Below, piece by piece: positions 27,722-37,302 of a DNA stretch of 64,000 bases. Location: assembly GCA_963665325.3 (NCBI GenBank), contig CAXXWS020000001.1:32001-96000 (forward strand). Direction: 5' to 3'. The notes beneath the pieces are model-generated. The model saw nothing but the letters and a program-made list of their open reading frames with translations. It did not search any database and was not told where the DNA came from. How positions within the stretch are numbered: the first letter of the stretch is position 1; each line of letters starts with the position of its first letter. A program made the translations under genes and the position numbers. Source of the stretch: Alphaproteobacteria bacterium. Its GTDB lineage: Bacteria > Pseudomonadota > Alphaproteobacteria > Bin95.

Positions 27722-29065
27722 TCAATCCTCCCGGAGATAGCTCTCCATCGAATCGTCCATGGCATCGACCCAGGCGGTGTGGTGGGTCGGGGCCATCGTG
27801 CCGGTCATCACCGACTTGTACGCGTTGTCCCGGAATGTCATGATGTTCTGCTTCTTGTGCTTCTTCCACTGGAAGAAGGCGTCGTTCGCGCCGTCCACAT
27901 CGAAACTCGGATAGTCGGTCTCGGCGATCAATTCCCTGACATAGTCGCCCTGGTAGCGGATCGCGCCATAGTCGTCTTCGAGGGCGTCTTCCGCGGCCAC
28001 CCGATCGACGACGTCGGCTGCCCGGGCGTCACGGTCCGGCACCTGAATGCGGTCCATGACGATGTCCCGGACATACCAAGCCTGAGCGTCGAACATGTTG
28101 AAGGTGTACCACTGGTCCTGCATGCCGAGATAGAACAGCTTCGGATTGTCCACCCACGCAACACCCTTGTAGAGGTCGGCCGTCGCCAGCCGGTTGGCGC
28201 TCCGAAGGCGCAGCTCCGGCGCCATGAACGGGAAGTGGAGCAGATAGCCCGTGCACAGGATGATGGCATCGACGTTGGCCGTCGAGCCGTCCTTGAATGT
28301 GCAGGTATTGCCCTCGACCTTCTGCAGCAGAGGCACCTCTTTCCAGTTGTCCGGCCAGTCGAAGCCCATGGCCGCGGTGCGGTGACTGACGGTGACGGAC
28401 CTGCAGCCGTACTTCCAGCACTGGGAGCCGATGTCCTCGGCCGAATAGCTGGTGCCGATGATCAGGATGTCCTTGTCCTTGAACTCAACGGCGTCGCGAA
28501 AATCGTGGGCGTGCAGCACGCGGCCGTTGAACCGGTCCAGACCGTCGAAATGCGGCACGTTCGGGGTCGAGAAATGACCGGTCGCGACGACGACATGATC
28601 GAAGCTCTCGGTGGTCTCCTCGTCGGTCGTGAGATTCTGCGCCGTGACGGCGAAGAGGCCCGTCGCGTCGTCATAGTCGACCCGCCGGACAGCCGTAAGG
28701 AAGCGAATTGCATCGCGCACGCCCGCCCTCTTTACCCGGCCCTCGATGTAATCAAACAGCACTTCACGCGGCGGATAGGAGGCGATCTGCTTTCCGAAAT
28801 GCTCCTCGAACGTATAGTCCGCAAACTCCAGTCCCTCTTTGGGCCCGTTCGACCACAAGTACCGGTACATGGAGCAGTGGACCGGTTCGCCGTATTCATC
28901 CAGCCCGGTCCGCCAAGTGTAGTTCCACAAGCCGCCCCAGTCCGCCTGCTTCTCGTAGCAGACGATCTCCGGAACGTCCGCGCCGCCGGCCTTTGCCGAC
29001 TGGAACGCCCTCAGCTGGGCGAGGCCGGACGGCCCTGCACCGATCACAGCAACTCGTTTACTCAT
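27722..29065 (-). CDS. tmm: Trimethylamine monooxygenase (bacterial FMO)
   Basis: [36 protein letters not shown] motif [22 protein letters not shown]; adjacent to tdm/tmoXWV. Confidence 0.93.
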   Translation of the reverse strand: MSKRVAVIGAGPSGLAQLRAFQSAKAGGADVPEIVCYEKQADWGGLWNYTWRTGLDEYGEPVHCSMYRYLWSNGPKEGLEFADYTFEEHFGKQIASYPPREVLFDYIEGRVKRAGVRDAIRFLTAVRRVDYDDATGLFAVTAQNLTTDEETTESFDHVVVATGHFSTPNVPHFDGLDRFNGRVLHAHDFRDAVEFKDKDILIIGTSYSAEDIGSQCWKYGCRSVTVSHRTAAMGFDWPDNWKEVPLLQKVEGNTCTFKDGSTANVDAIILCTGYLLHFPFMAPELRLRSANRLATADLYKGVAWVDNPKLFYLGMQDQWYTFNMFDAQAWYVRDIVMDRIQVPDRDARAADVVDRVAAEDALEDDYGAIRYQGDYVRELIAETDYPSFDVDGANDAFFQWKKHKKQNIMTFRDNAYKSVMTGTMAPTHHTAWVDAMDDSMESYLRED

Positions 29066-29142
29066 GGTTTCGCTCACTGTTCTGGCCGGCGGTCGGGACT
29101 GGCCCGAATCGCCCGCACGGTTTCATGACATGTCTCGGTAGC

Positions 29143-29370
29143 CGAAACCAATTTTTACCAATCTACACCACTTTGTGCCACCTTATCCCCATGTGGATTC
29201 GATTTCCAGCGGCAATTCGGCTCGTCGGGATTGGGCGCAAACAATTGCATTCGCGGGGTTAATGCAACTTTCTCTTGTATCCAGTCCCTGATTTGTCATA
29301 CTGTACGGGATTGGCCGCAATCGTGCAAATTCGGGCGATCCGCCGTACGAATTGGTCAAAATTGGTCTTG
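29143..29370. promoter_or_regulatory. Divergent tmm/ABC promoter with 10-bp-phased ACCA and AATTGGTC repeats
   Basis: ACCA at 29147, 29157, 29167; AATTGGTC at 29350 and 29360. Confidence 0.6.
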
Positions 29371-29495
29371 GAGTAGACGGATCGGCCTCCGATTGCGGAC
29401 GCGCAGACCTTGCAGTGCGTTACTGGGCTGCCCTTCGGCCCCTTGGCGACACCGCGGGGCAACGGACGCCGGCGTAGCAATTCTGGGAGGCAGGT

Positions 29496-30806
29496 ATGTC
29501 GCGCAAGTCACTTGACCGCAAAATCAGCAGGCGGAAATTTCTGGGGACCACGGCAGCGTCGGGGACGGCGCTGGCAGCGATGGGCAGCGGCCTGTCGCGC
29601 GTCGCCTTCGCCGACAGCCACACCATCAAGATTGGCTTCCTGGCCCCGCTCACGGGCCCGGTGTCGGCCTGGGGCAAGCCCGGCCTGGACGGCTGCCTGA
29701 TCTGGGCGGACTGGGTCAACGCCAAGGGCGGGGTCAACATCGGCGGCCAGTCCTACAACATCGAATTCGTCGGCTATGACAACGAGTACGACGCCGCCAA
29801 GGCGCGCACCGGCGCCACCAAGCTGATCAAGGAAGACGGCGTCAAGTTCGTCATGATGCTGGGCGGCGACACCTGGCCCGGCGTGCAGAAGATCGCCGAA
29901 CGCGAAGGCATGCTGTTCTCGACGCTGCTGCCGAGCGACCTGTCGCCCGACAGCACAACCCTAGTGGCGCCCTGTGAGGTGCATCCCATCTACAATGTGA
30001 CCGGCGTCGAATGGCTGGCGGAAAACAAGCCAGAACTGAAGACCGCCGCCATGTGCGCGCAGGACGATGCCCTCGGAAAGCCATCGGTGGCGACTTATCT
30101 GGCAGCCTTCGAGGCGGCCGGGATCGAGATGCAGGACGAGCCCCTGTTCTTCGACCCGGCGACCACGGACTTCGCGCCGGTCATGACCAAGCTGCTGGCC
30201 GGGAACCCGGACATCCTCTGTCTGGACACCTGCTACGCCGACTATGTCCATCCGCTCTGCGAACAGGCGTTCCAGCAGGGTTACAAGGGGCAGATCATTT
30301 CCTGTACCGCCGACTTCTACCAGAAGATCATCGAGAAGACGTCGGCGGAGTTCATGGAAGGCTTCATCTTCCAGTTCCCGGACTTCGACGACCCGGCGCT
30401 GAACAGCGAGGGGGTGAACTTCGTCAACCCGAACGAGTTCTACGCGGAATACGCCAAGCGTTACGGTGCCTCGGAATGGGGCGCCGTTTCCTGGGAGTAC
30501 GCCTCGATCATGGATCTGTGGGCCGACGCCGCGGGCAAGGCGGGCAGCGCCGAGCCGGCGGCCGTCCTGGAGGCAATGAAGGCGGGCGGCACCGGCAAGC
30601 ACGCTTTCGGCACCGCCGACTGGTGGGGCACGGAGCTGTTCGGCATCGACAACGCCCTGGTCGGCAACTGGCCGGTCGTGGCGATCGAAGGCGGCAAGGC
30701 CACGATCAAGGAGTTCAGGTCCATTCCCGCCTGGTGGGACAAGCACAAGGACCTGATGATCAAGCACATGACGGCTCTCGGCCAGATGTGGAACCAGCGC
30801 GGATAA
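29496..30806 (+). CDS. ABC transporter substrate-binding protein, LivJ/HAAT family, Tat-exported
   Basis: SRRKFLG twin-arginine signal; IKIGFLAPLTGPVSAWG, VNAKGG, TTDFAPVMTKL. Confidence 0.88.
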   Translation: MSRKSLDRKISRRKFLGTTAASGTALAAMGSGLSRVAFADSHTIKIGFLAPLTGPVSAWGKPGLDGCLIWADWVNAKGGVNIGGQSYNIEFVGYDNEYDAAKARTGATKLIKEDGVKFVMMLGGDTWPGVQKIAEREGMLFSTLLPSDLSPDSTTLVAPCEVHPIYNVTGVEWLAENKPELKTAAMCAQDDALGKPSVATYLAAFEAAGIEMQDEPLFFDPATTDFAPVMTKLLAGNPDILCLDTCYADYVHPLCEQAFQQGYKGQIISCTADFYQKIIEKTSAEFMEGFIFQFPDFDDPALNSEGVNFVNPNEFYAEYAKRYGASEWGAVSWEYASIMDLWADAAGKAGSAEPAAVLEAMKAGGTGKHAFGTADWWGTELFGIDNALVGNWPVVAIEGGKATIKEFRSIPAWWDKHKDLMIKHMTALGQMWNQRG

Positions 30807-30913
30807 CCCTCCGCGTTCCGCATGGCTGCGCCGCCATGCTACCAATGGCAGCCGGGGCCGGGCACCGCCCGGTCCCGGCATCGTTTGTCCGCCCCGGCCG
30901 TTGAGACACGCTG

Positions 30914-31777
30914 ATGGACCTGCTGTGGCAGACCGCCGTCAACGCGACCTATGCCGCCAGCTACATGGCGCTGATCGCGGTCGGGCTGGTCATGATCTTC
31001 GGCGTGATGGGCGTCATCAACTTCGCCCATGGCGAGCTCTACATGGTGGGCGCTTATTGCGTGGTGTTCCTGTACGCCCAGGAGAACTTCCCCTTCCTGC
31101 TAGCAGTCGCAGCCGGCCTCGTCTTCGTCGGCCTCGTCGGCGTCGTCATGGAACGGACGATGTTCCGTCCGCTGCGCGACAATCCGCTGGGCGGCCTTAT
31201 CGCCTCCATCGGATTCCTGCTGATCCTGCAAACGCTGGTCGTGTTCGGCTTCGGCCGGCGTATGGGCCATGTACCGCCCTCGACCCAGGGCAAGCTCGAG
31301 ATATTCGGTGCCATCCTGACCTATCAGAGGCTTTTTGTGGTTGTCGCCGCCATCCTGTTGCTCGCCGCTCTATGGGCCTTCCTCAGGCGCTCGAAATTCG
31401 GCCGGGCATTGCGCGCCTGCGCCCAGGACGCCGAAGCTGCCTCCCTCCAGGGCATCTCGATGAACCAGACGGCGCGCATCGCCATGTTCATCGGCGCCGG
31501 ACTGGCAGGCGTGGCCGGCGCCCTGACGGCGCCCCTGGTCAGCCCGACACCCTATATCGGCCACTCGATCATCGTCACGGCCTTCATCATCATCATCGTC
31601 GGCGGTGTAGGCAGCCTTGAAGGCGCCGTCATTGCGGCGGTGCTCTATGCCTTCGTCCACACCTTCGTCACCACTTTCTTCGACGGGGTGATCGCTAACA
31701 TCGTCGGGCTGGCCCTGATGCTCTCTGTGCTGGTGGTCCGGCCGACCGGTCTGTTCGGAGCGAGGGAACGTGCCTGA
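30914..31777 (+). CDS. LivH-like ABC permease
   Basis: GLVMIFGVMGVINFAHGELYMVG, GRALRACAQD.EAA.LQGI, GGVGSLEGA. Confidence 0.9.
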   Translation: MDLLWQTAVNATYAASYMALIAVGLVMIFGVMGVINFAHGELYMVGAYCVVFLYAQENFPFLLAVAAGLVFVGLVGVVMERTMFRPLRDNPLGGLIASIGFLLILQTLVVFGFGRRMGHVPPSTQGKLEIFGAILTYQRLFVVVAAILLLAALWAFLRRSKFGRALRACAQDAEAASLQGISMNQTARIAMFIGAGLAGVAGALTAPLVSPTPYIGHSIIVTAFIIIIVGGVGSLEGAVIAAVLYAFVHTFVTTFFDGVIANIVGLALMLSVLVVRPTGLFGARERA

Positions 31778-32816
31778 ACCGGTGGGCGCCATGCCGGCAA
31801 CCGGGACCGGCGGTTCGATCGGACGGATCGCATGGCGGCTGCGGCCGGTCTTCCTGTTCGCGGCGCTGGCGGCACTGCCCTACCTGCTGAGCTACTCGCA
31901 GCAGGAAATCGCGGTCCTCCTCGTCATCAACGTCCTCCTGGTTTCCAGCTACCGGCTGTTGACGCTGACCGGCGAATGGTCGCTCGGCCACGTCGTCATC
32001 ATGGGGGTCGGGGCCTATGCCAGTGCGCTGCTGGCGAAGCAGCTTGGCGTTCCGGTGCCGCTCTCCATGCTCCTCGGCGGCTGCATGGCGGCCGCGACCG
32101 CCGCGCTCCTGAGCTTCCCGTTGTTCCGGATGAAGGGTTTCTATTTCCTGATCGGCTCGTTCGCGGCCGGCGAAATCATCCGGCTGATCTGGAAACGCTT
32201 CACCGATCCCTTCGGCGGTCCCAAGGGCCTGAAGCGCATCGACCCATTTCCCGACATCGAAACCGGTTTCCTGTCGATCGATTTCTACGAGCCGGTCAAC
32301 TACTACTTCCTGGCGCTGGCCGTCGTCTCGGCCTCGCTGTTTGTCCTCTACCGCATCGAACGCTCGCGCATAGGACTGACCTTCCACGCAATCCACTGGC
32401 AGGACCGGCTCGCCGAATCTGTCGGCGTGGACACGTTCCGCTACCGCACCCTCGCCTTCGTCATTGCCTCCTTTTTCGCCGGAATCGCCGGCGGCCTGTA
32501 CGCCCACTATATCGGCGCAGTGAACCCGACCCGTTTCAGCGTCGACCAGATGGTCTATGTCCTTGTCTGGGCAATCGTCGGCGGCACCGCCACCTTCCAC
32601 GGCCCGATCCTCGGTGTTGTCGTGCTCACCGTCATCAACGAAATTGTCCTGCGCGCGCTGGGTCTGGACACGGCGCGTCCCCTGATCTACGGCGCCATCC
32701 TGATCCTCTCCGTCCTCTACCTCCCGAACGGGCTTGAAAGCCTCGGACCCCGGCTGCGGGCCCAGTGGCAGCGTCGGCGCGGCGGGCCGCCCGCGGCCGG
32801 AAGTGAGCCGGCATGA
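31770..32816 (+). CDS. LivM-like ABC permease
   Basis: SLGH...GVGAY, GGPKGL, AESVGVD, IVGG..TF.GPILG, YLPNGL. Confidence 0.9.
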   Translation: MPEPVGAMPATGTGGSIGRIAWRLRPVFLFAALAALPYLLSYSQQEIAVLLVINVLLVSSYRLLTLTGEWSLGHVVIMGVGAYASALLAKQLGVPVPLSMLLGGCMAAATAALLSFPLFRMKGFYFLIGSFAAGEIIRLIWKRFTDPFGGPKGLKRIDPFPDIETGFLSIDFYEPVNYYFLALAVVSASLFVLYRIERSRIGLTFHAIHWQDRLAESVGVDTFRYRTLAFVIASFFAGIAGGLYAHYIGAVNPTRFSVDQMVYVLVWAIVGGTATFHGPILGVVVLTVINEIVLRALGLDTARPLIYGAILILSVLYLPNGLESLGPRLRAQWQRRRGGPPAAGSEPA

Positions 32817-33610
32817 GTGTGCATGGTGAACGGCCGATTCTCGAAGCCCGCGGGCTGACCCGCCGGTTCGGCGGCTTGGTGGCGGTCGACAATTTCAGTT
32901 TCTCGGTACACGAGGGTGCGATCCACGGCCTGATCGGGCCGAACGGTGCAGGAAAGACGACGACCTTCAACGTGATCAGCGGTTTCTACGCGCCGACCGC
33001 CGGGCGGGTGTTCTTTCGCGGCCTCGACATCTCAGGCCGCAAGACCAGCGCGCTCGCTGCGATGGGGCTGGTACGCACATTCCAAGGCTCGACCTTGTTC
33101 CAGGAATTTTCGGTCCTCGACAATGTCCGGGTCGGGCGCCATCTCGGCGCCCGGGCCGGTTTCCTCAGCCGCCTGATCGGCACGGACCGGGCGTCCGAGC
33201 GGGAAGCGGACGACAAGGCGCGGGAAACGCTGGCCTTTTTCGGACTGAAGGAACTGGCCGACGAGCCGGTGTCGAACCTGCCGCACGGCCACCAGCGAAT
33301 GCTCGGCATGGCGGTCGCGCTCGCGGCCGAGCCGAAGGTGCTGCTGCTCGACGAGCCCTTCACCGGCATGAACCCCGAGGAGACGCGGCGCATGATGGCG
33401 CTGGTCCGGCGCATCCGCGACCGGGGCGTCACCGTCATGCTGGTCGAGCACGACATGCAGGCGGTGATGAATCTGTGCGACACCATCACGGTGATGAATT
33501 TCGGCGCCCTGCTGGTCGAGGGCGCGCCGGAGGCGGTGCGCAACGATCCCGCGGTCATCGAGGCCTATCTCGGTTCCGCCACCGGCAACGGAGCCGGCGA
33601 TGCTGCTTGA
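32813..33610 (+). CDS. LivG-like ABC ATP-binding protein
   Basis: FGGLVAV, GPNGAGKTT, LPHGHQR, LLDEP, VEHDM, VIEAYLG. Confidence 0.92.
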   Translation: MSVHGERPILEARGLTRRFGGLVAVDNFSFSVHEGAIHGLIGPNGAGKTTTFNVISGFYAPTAGRVFFRGLDISGRKTSALAAMGLVRTFQGSTLFQEFSVLDNVRVGRHLGARAGFLSRLIGTDRASEREADDKARETLAFFGLKELADEPVSNLPHGHQRMLGMAVALAAEPKVLLLDEPFTGMNPEETRRMMALVRRIRDRGVTVMLVEHDMQAVMNLCDTITVMNFGALLVEGAPEAVRNDPAVIEAYLGSATGNGAGDAA

Positions 33611-34307
33611 GATCGGCGATATCGAGGTGCGCTACCAGAAGACCGTGGCGCTCAAGGGCGTTTCGATGACGGTGCCGGCGGGCGGCATCGTGACCATCAT
33701 CGGCGCCAACGGCGCCGGAAAGACAACGACCCTGCGCGCCATTTCCGGGCTGGAACCGCTGACCCGGGGAGAAATCCGCTTCGACGATGCAAGGATCGAC
33801 GGACTGGCGCCGGAAGAGATCGTGCGCCGGGGCATCGCCCATGTGCCGGAGGGGCGGCGGGTGTTTCCGGACCTGACGGTCGAGGAAAACCTGCACACGG
33901 GCGCCTTCTTGCGCACGGACAAGGCAGCCATCCAGGCGTCGCTGGCGGAGGTGTTCGACCGCTTCCCGCGCCTCGCCGAGCGGCGCCGGCAATGGGCGCG
34001 GTCGATGTCCGGCGGCGAGCAGCAGATGCTGGCGATCGGCCGGGCGTTGATGAGCGCGCCCCGCATGCTGTTGCTGGACGAGCCGTCGATGGGCCTGTCA
34101 CCAGTGATGGTCCAGGAGATCGCGCGGATCGTTATCGATATCTCGGGGCGCGGCATCCCGGTCGTGCTGGTCGAACAGAATGCGGAGATGGCGCTGCGGC
34201 TGGCGCGGTATGCCTATGTGCTTGAAACCGGGGCTGTGGCGCTGGAGGGCCCGGCAGGCGACCTGCACGAGAACGCTCACGTTCGCCGTGCATATCTCGG
34301 CGGATAA
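33600..34307 (+). CDS. LivF-like ABC ATP-binding protein
   Basis: GANGAGKTT, HVPEGRRVF, MSGGEQQMLAIGRALM, LVEQNA, AYLGG. Confidence 0.92.
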   Translation: MLLEIGDIEVRYQKTVALKGVSMTVPAGGIVTIIGANGAGKTTTLRAISGLEPLTRGEIRFDDARIDGLAPEEIVRRGIAHVPEGRRVFPDLTVEENLHTGAFLRTDKAAIQASLAEVFDRFPRLAERRRQWARSMSGGEQQMLAIGRALMSAPRMLLLDEPSMGLSPVMVQEIARIVIDISGRGIPVVLVEQNAEMALRLARYAYVLETGAVALEGPAGDLHENAHVRRAYLGG

Positions 34308-34532
34308 CACCGGCAGGACAGCGGCGGATGCGGGCGGCACGATGGTCGCGAGGTCGTGGCGGCCATCGAGCTCGCCGGCGGCATATGCCTAGCCATTGCA
34401 CCCGGGAGGCGTCCACTCACGGCTCGGGGCCGGGGCGGGAGGGATCCGGAGCGCATGCAATCCGGTTCCGGGGATGGTAAACGGTGCATCTTCGCACTCC
34501 CTGCATACCCGATGCCCGTGAAGGACGACGAC

Positions 34533-35408
34533 ATGACCGACGCCTCCGCTTACGAACCGCCGAAAGTCTGGACTTGGGAGCGCGAGAGCGGCGGCCGCTT
34601 CGCCTCGGTCAACCGCCCCATCGCCGGCGCCACGCATGAGCAGGAGCTGCCGCGCGGCAAACACCCGCTCCAGCTCTATTCGCTGGCCACGCCCAACGGC
34701 GTGAAGGTCACGGTGATGCTGGAGGAGCTGCTGGCGGCCGGGCACAGCGGTGCGGAATACGACGCCTATGTCATCAGGATTGGCGACGGCGACCAGTTCG
34801 GCTCCGGTTTCGTCGCCATCAACCCGAACTCGAAAATTCCGGCGCTTGTCGATCACTCCACGCCGAAGCCGACGCGGGTGTTCGAATCCGGCGCGATCCT
34901 GCTCTATCTCGCCGAGAAGTTCGGCGCCTTCATTCCGGAAGATCCCACGGAGCGGGCGGAATGCCTCTCCTGGCTGTTCTGGCAGATGGGCTCCGCGCCC
35001 TATCTGGGTGGCGGCTTCGGGCATTTCTATGCCTATGCTCCCGAGAAATTCCAATATCCGATCGACCGCTACACGATGGAAGTGAAGCGCCAGCTCGACG
35101 TGCTCGACAGGCAGCTCGCCGAGACGCGTTTCGTGGGGGGCGACGACTACACCGTCGCCGACATGGCGATCTGGCCGTGGTACGGCGTGCTGACCACGAA
35201 TGCGCTCTACGACGGAGCGGAGTTCCTAGGGGCGCAGGACTACAGGAATGTGGTGCGCTGGTACGAGGAGATCGCGGCGCGCGACGCCGTGATCCGGGGG
35301 CGCAAGGTGAACCGGATCAGGGGACCGCTCGAGGACCAGCTGCACGAGCGCCACGACGCATCCGATTTCGAGCTCCGTACCCAGGACAAGCTCGAACCGG
35401 CCGAATAG
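34533..35408 (+). CDS. yghU: Glutathione-dependent disulfide-bond oxidoreductase (Nu-class GST)
   Basis: YEPPKVWTW, NRPIAGATH, LYSLATPNGVKV, NPNSKIP, FESGAIL, ERHDASDF. Confidence 0.9.
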   Translation: MTDASAYEPPKVWTWERESGGRFASVNRPIAGATHEQELPRGKHPLQLYSLATPNGVKVTVMLEELLAAGHSGAEYDAYVIRIGDGDQFGSGFVAINPNSKIPALVDHSTPKPTRVFESGAILLYLAEKFGAFIPEDPTERAECLSWLFWQMGSAPYLGGGFGHFYAYAPEKFQYPIDRYTMEVKRQLDVLDRQLAETRFVGGDDYTVADMAIWPWYGVLTTNALYDGAEFLGAQDYRNVVRWYEEIAARDAVIRGRKVNRIRGPLEDQLHERHDASDFELRTQDKLEPAE

Positions 35409-35427
35409 GCGGCAGGAGGTGTCGACG

Positions 35428-37143
35428 ATGGCGGACCTGCCGCAACAGCCGATGGTCACGGCGCGCCGCCATATGTGCGTCGCCGGCCACTATCTGGCGA
35501 CCGAGGCGGGTTTCGCCATGCTGGAGGCTGGCGGCAATGCTGTCGATGCGGGCGTTGCCGCCGGAATCGCGCTCGGCGTGGTCCACAGCGACCAGGTGCA
35601 GTTCTCCGGCGTGGCACCGATGCTCATCTATCTTGCCGAACGCGACGAGGTGGTAAGCATCGCCGGCCTCGGATACTGGCCAAAGGGGGCGAGCCTGGAG
35701 CTGTTTCGCGACCGGCATGGCGGCACGATCCCCGTCGGGCTGCTTCGCACGGTCGTGCCGGCCGCCCCCGATGCCTGGACCACCGCGCTGGCGAGGTTCG
35801 GCACGATGTCCTTCGCGGAGGTCGCCGCGCCCGCCATCCGCTATGCCCGCGAAGGCTTCACCGTGCATCCGGTTATGGCGAAATTCATTGCCCGCAACCG
35901 GGACCGCTACCGGATGTGGCCGGGCAATGCGGCGATCTGGCTGAAGGACGGCGAACCCCCGGCAGTGGGCGACCTGCTGGTGCAGGCCGACCTCGCCGCG
36001 ACCCTGCAATATATGGCGGACGAGGAAAGCGCCGCCTCCGGCGACCGCGGAGACGGACTCCGGGCGGCGCGCGACGCCTTTTACGTCGGCGACATCGCAA
36101 GCAAGATCGTCGCCTATCATGAGGCCAACGGCGGCCTGCTGACGGCCGCCGACCTTGCCGGCTACCGCACACCCGTCGAGGCGCCGGTCAGCATCGGGTT
36201 CGAGGACGTGCGGGTCTATAGCTGCCGTCCCTGGTGCCAGGGCCCGACCCTGCTGCAGATGCTGCGGATCCTGGAGGGCTGCGACCTTGCGGGCCTCGGG
36301 CACAACTCGGCCGACTATGTCCACACGCTGGCGGAGGCGATCAAGCTGGTCTTCGCGGACCGCGAGACGTTCTACGGCGACCCGAACGTGATCGACGTGC
36401 CCATCGACCGCCTGCTTTCGGCGGACTACGCCGAAGAGCGCCGGAGGGACATCGACCCGGCCCGCGCCTGGCCCGGAATGCCGCCGGCCGGGGAAATAGC
36501 CGGATATGGAGGCGTGAGCTTCATTCCGCCCGTGGACCGGTCGGCCTCGATTGCGGCAGCCGACACTTCCTACGCCTGCGCCATCGACAGCACCGGCAAC
36601 GTCTGTTCCGCAACGCCGAGCGATGTCTCCTTCGAGGGGCCAGCCATTCCCGGCCTGGGATTTTGCCCGTCCTCGCGCGGTTCGCAGTCCTTCGCGCTCG
36701 CCGGGCATGCCTCGGCCGTGGCGCCCGGCAAGCGGCCGCGCCTGACGCCGAATCCCGCGCTCGCGCTCGCGCCGGGTCGGCTGGCTATGCCGTTCGGCGC
36801 GCCGGGCGGCGATGCGCAGCCGCAGGGCATGTTGCAGGTCCTGTTGAACCATCTGGTCTTCGGCATGGACATCCAGCCGGCAATCGAGGCGCCGCGCTTC
36901 ACGACCCTGAGTCATCCGAACTCCTTCGAGCCCCATGAGGCGAAGCCGGGTCGGCTGGTTGTGGAGGAGGGGATTGCGCCGGAAGTCGGCGCCGACCTTG
37001 CAGCGCGGGGCCACGATGTGGAATGGCACGGGGCCCGTTCGGATGCGGTTGCCGGCGTGTGCGCGATCAGCGCGAATCTCGAGACCGGCCTGATCTGCGG
37101 CGGTGCCGACCCGCGCCGTTCCGGCCGGGCCATGGGATGGTGA
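35428..37143 (+). CDS. Gamma-glutamyltransferase family Ntn-hydrolase
   Basis: GGNAVDAGVA, DRETFYGDP, Thr nucleophile in DTSYACAID, PGKRP, GAPGGDAQPQ, GGADPRR. Confidence 0.9.
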   Translation: MADLPQQPMVTARRHMCVAGHYLATEAGFAMLEAGGNAVDAGVAAGIALGVVHSDQVQFSGVAPMLIYLAERDEVVSIAGLGYWPKGASLELFRDRHGGTIPVGLLRTVVPAAPDAWTTALARFGTMSFAEVAAPAIRYAREGFTVHPVMAKFIARNRDRYRMWPGNAAIWLKDGEPPAVGDLLVQADLAATLQYMADEESAASGDRGDGLRAARDAFYVGDIASKIVAYHEANGGLLTAADLAGYRTPVEAPVSIGFEDVRVYSCRPWCQGPTLLQMLRILEGCDLAGLGHNSADYVHTLAEAIKLVFADRETFYGDPNVIDVPIDRLLSADYAEERRRDIDPARAWPGMPPAGEIAGYGGVSFIPPVDRSASIAAADTSYACAIDSTGNVCSATPSDVSFEGPAIPGLGFCPSSRGSQSFALAGHASAVAPGKRPRLTPNPALALAPGRLAMPFGAPGGDAQPQGMLQVLLNHLVFGMDIQPAIEAPRFTTLSHPNSFEPHEAKPGRLVVEEGIAPEVGADLAARGHDVEWHGARSDAVAGVCAISANLETGLICGGADPRRSGRAMGW

Positions 37144-37302
37144 CCGGAAGCGGAAACCGGCACGCAAGCAGGATGCCGGCGGCCCGTTCCGAGGCCAACT
37201 GGCGGCGAGGCCGCAGGCGTCGGGTATGCTGTCCGGCGAAATGAACTTGCGAGACGAACTCGTGCAGGGCAGGCAATGCGAACCAGACTGGAGGGTCGCG
37301 GG

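Noticed and set aside
30850-30880. GC hairpin after the Liv-type SBP gene as a terminator
   Set aside because: No U-tract; more likely an ordinary mRNA-stabilising stem-loop inside the operon.
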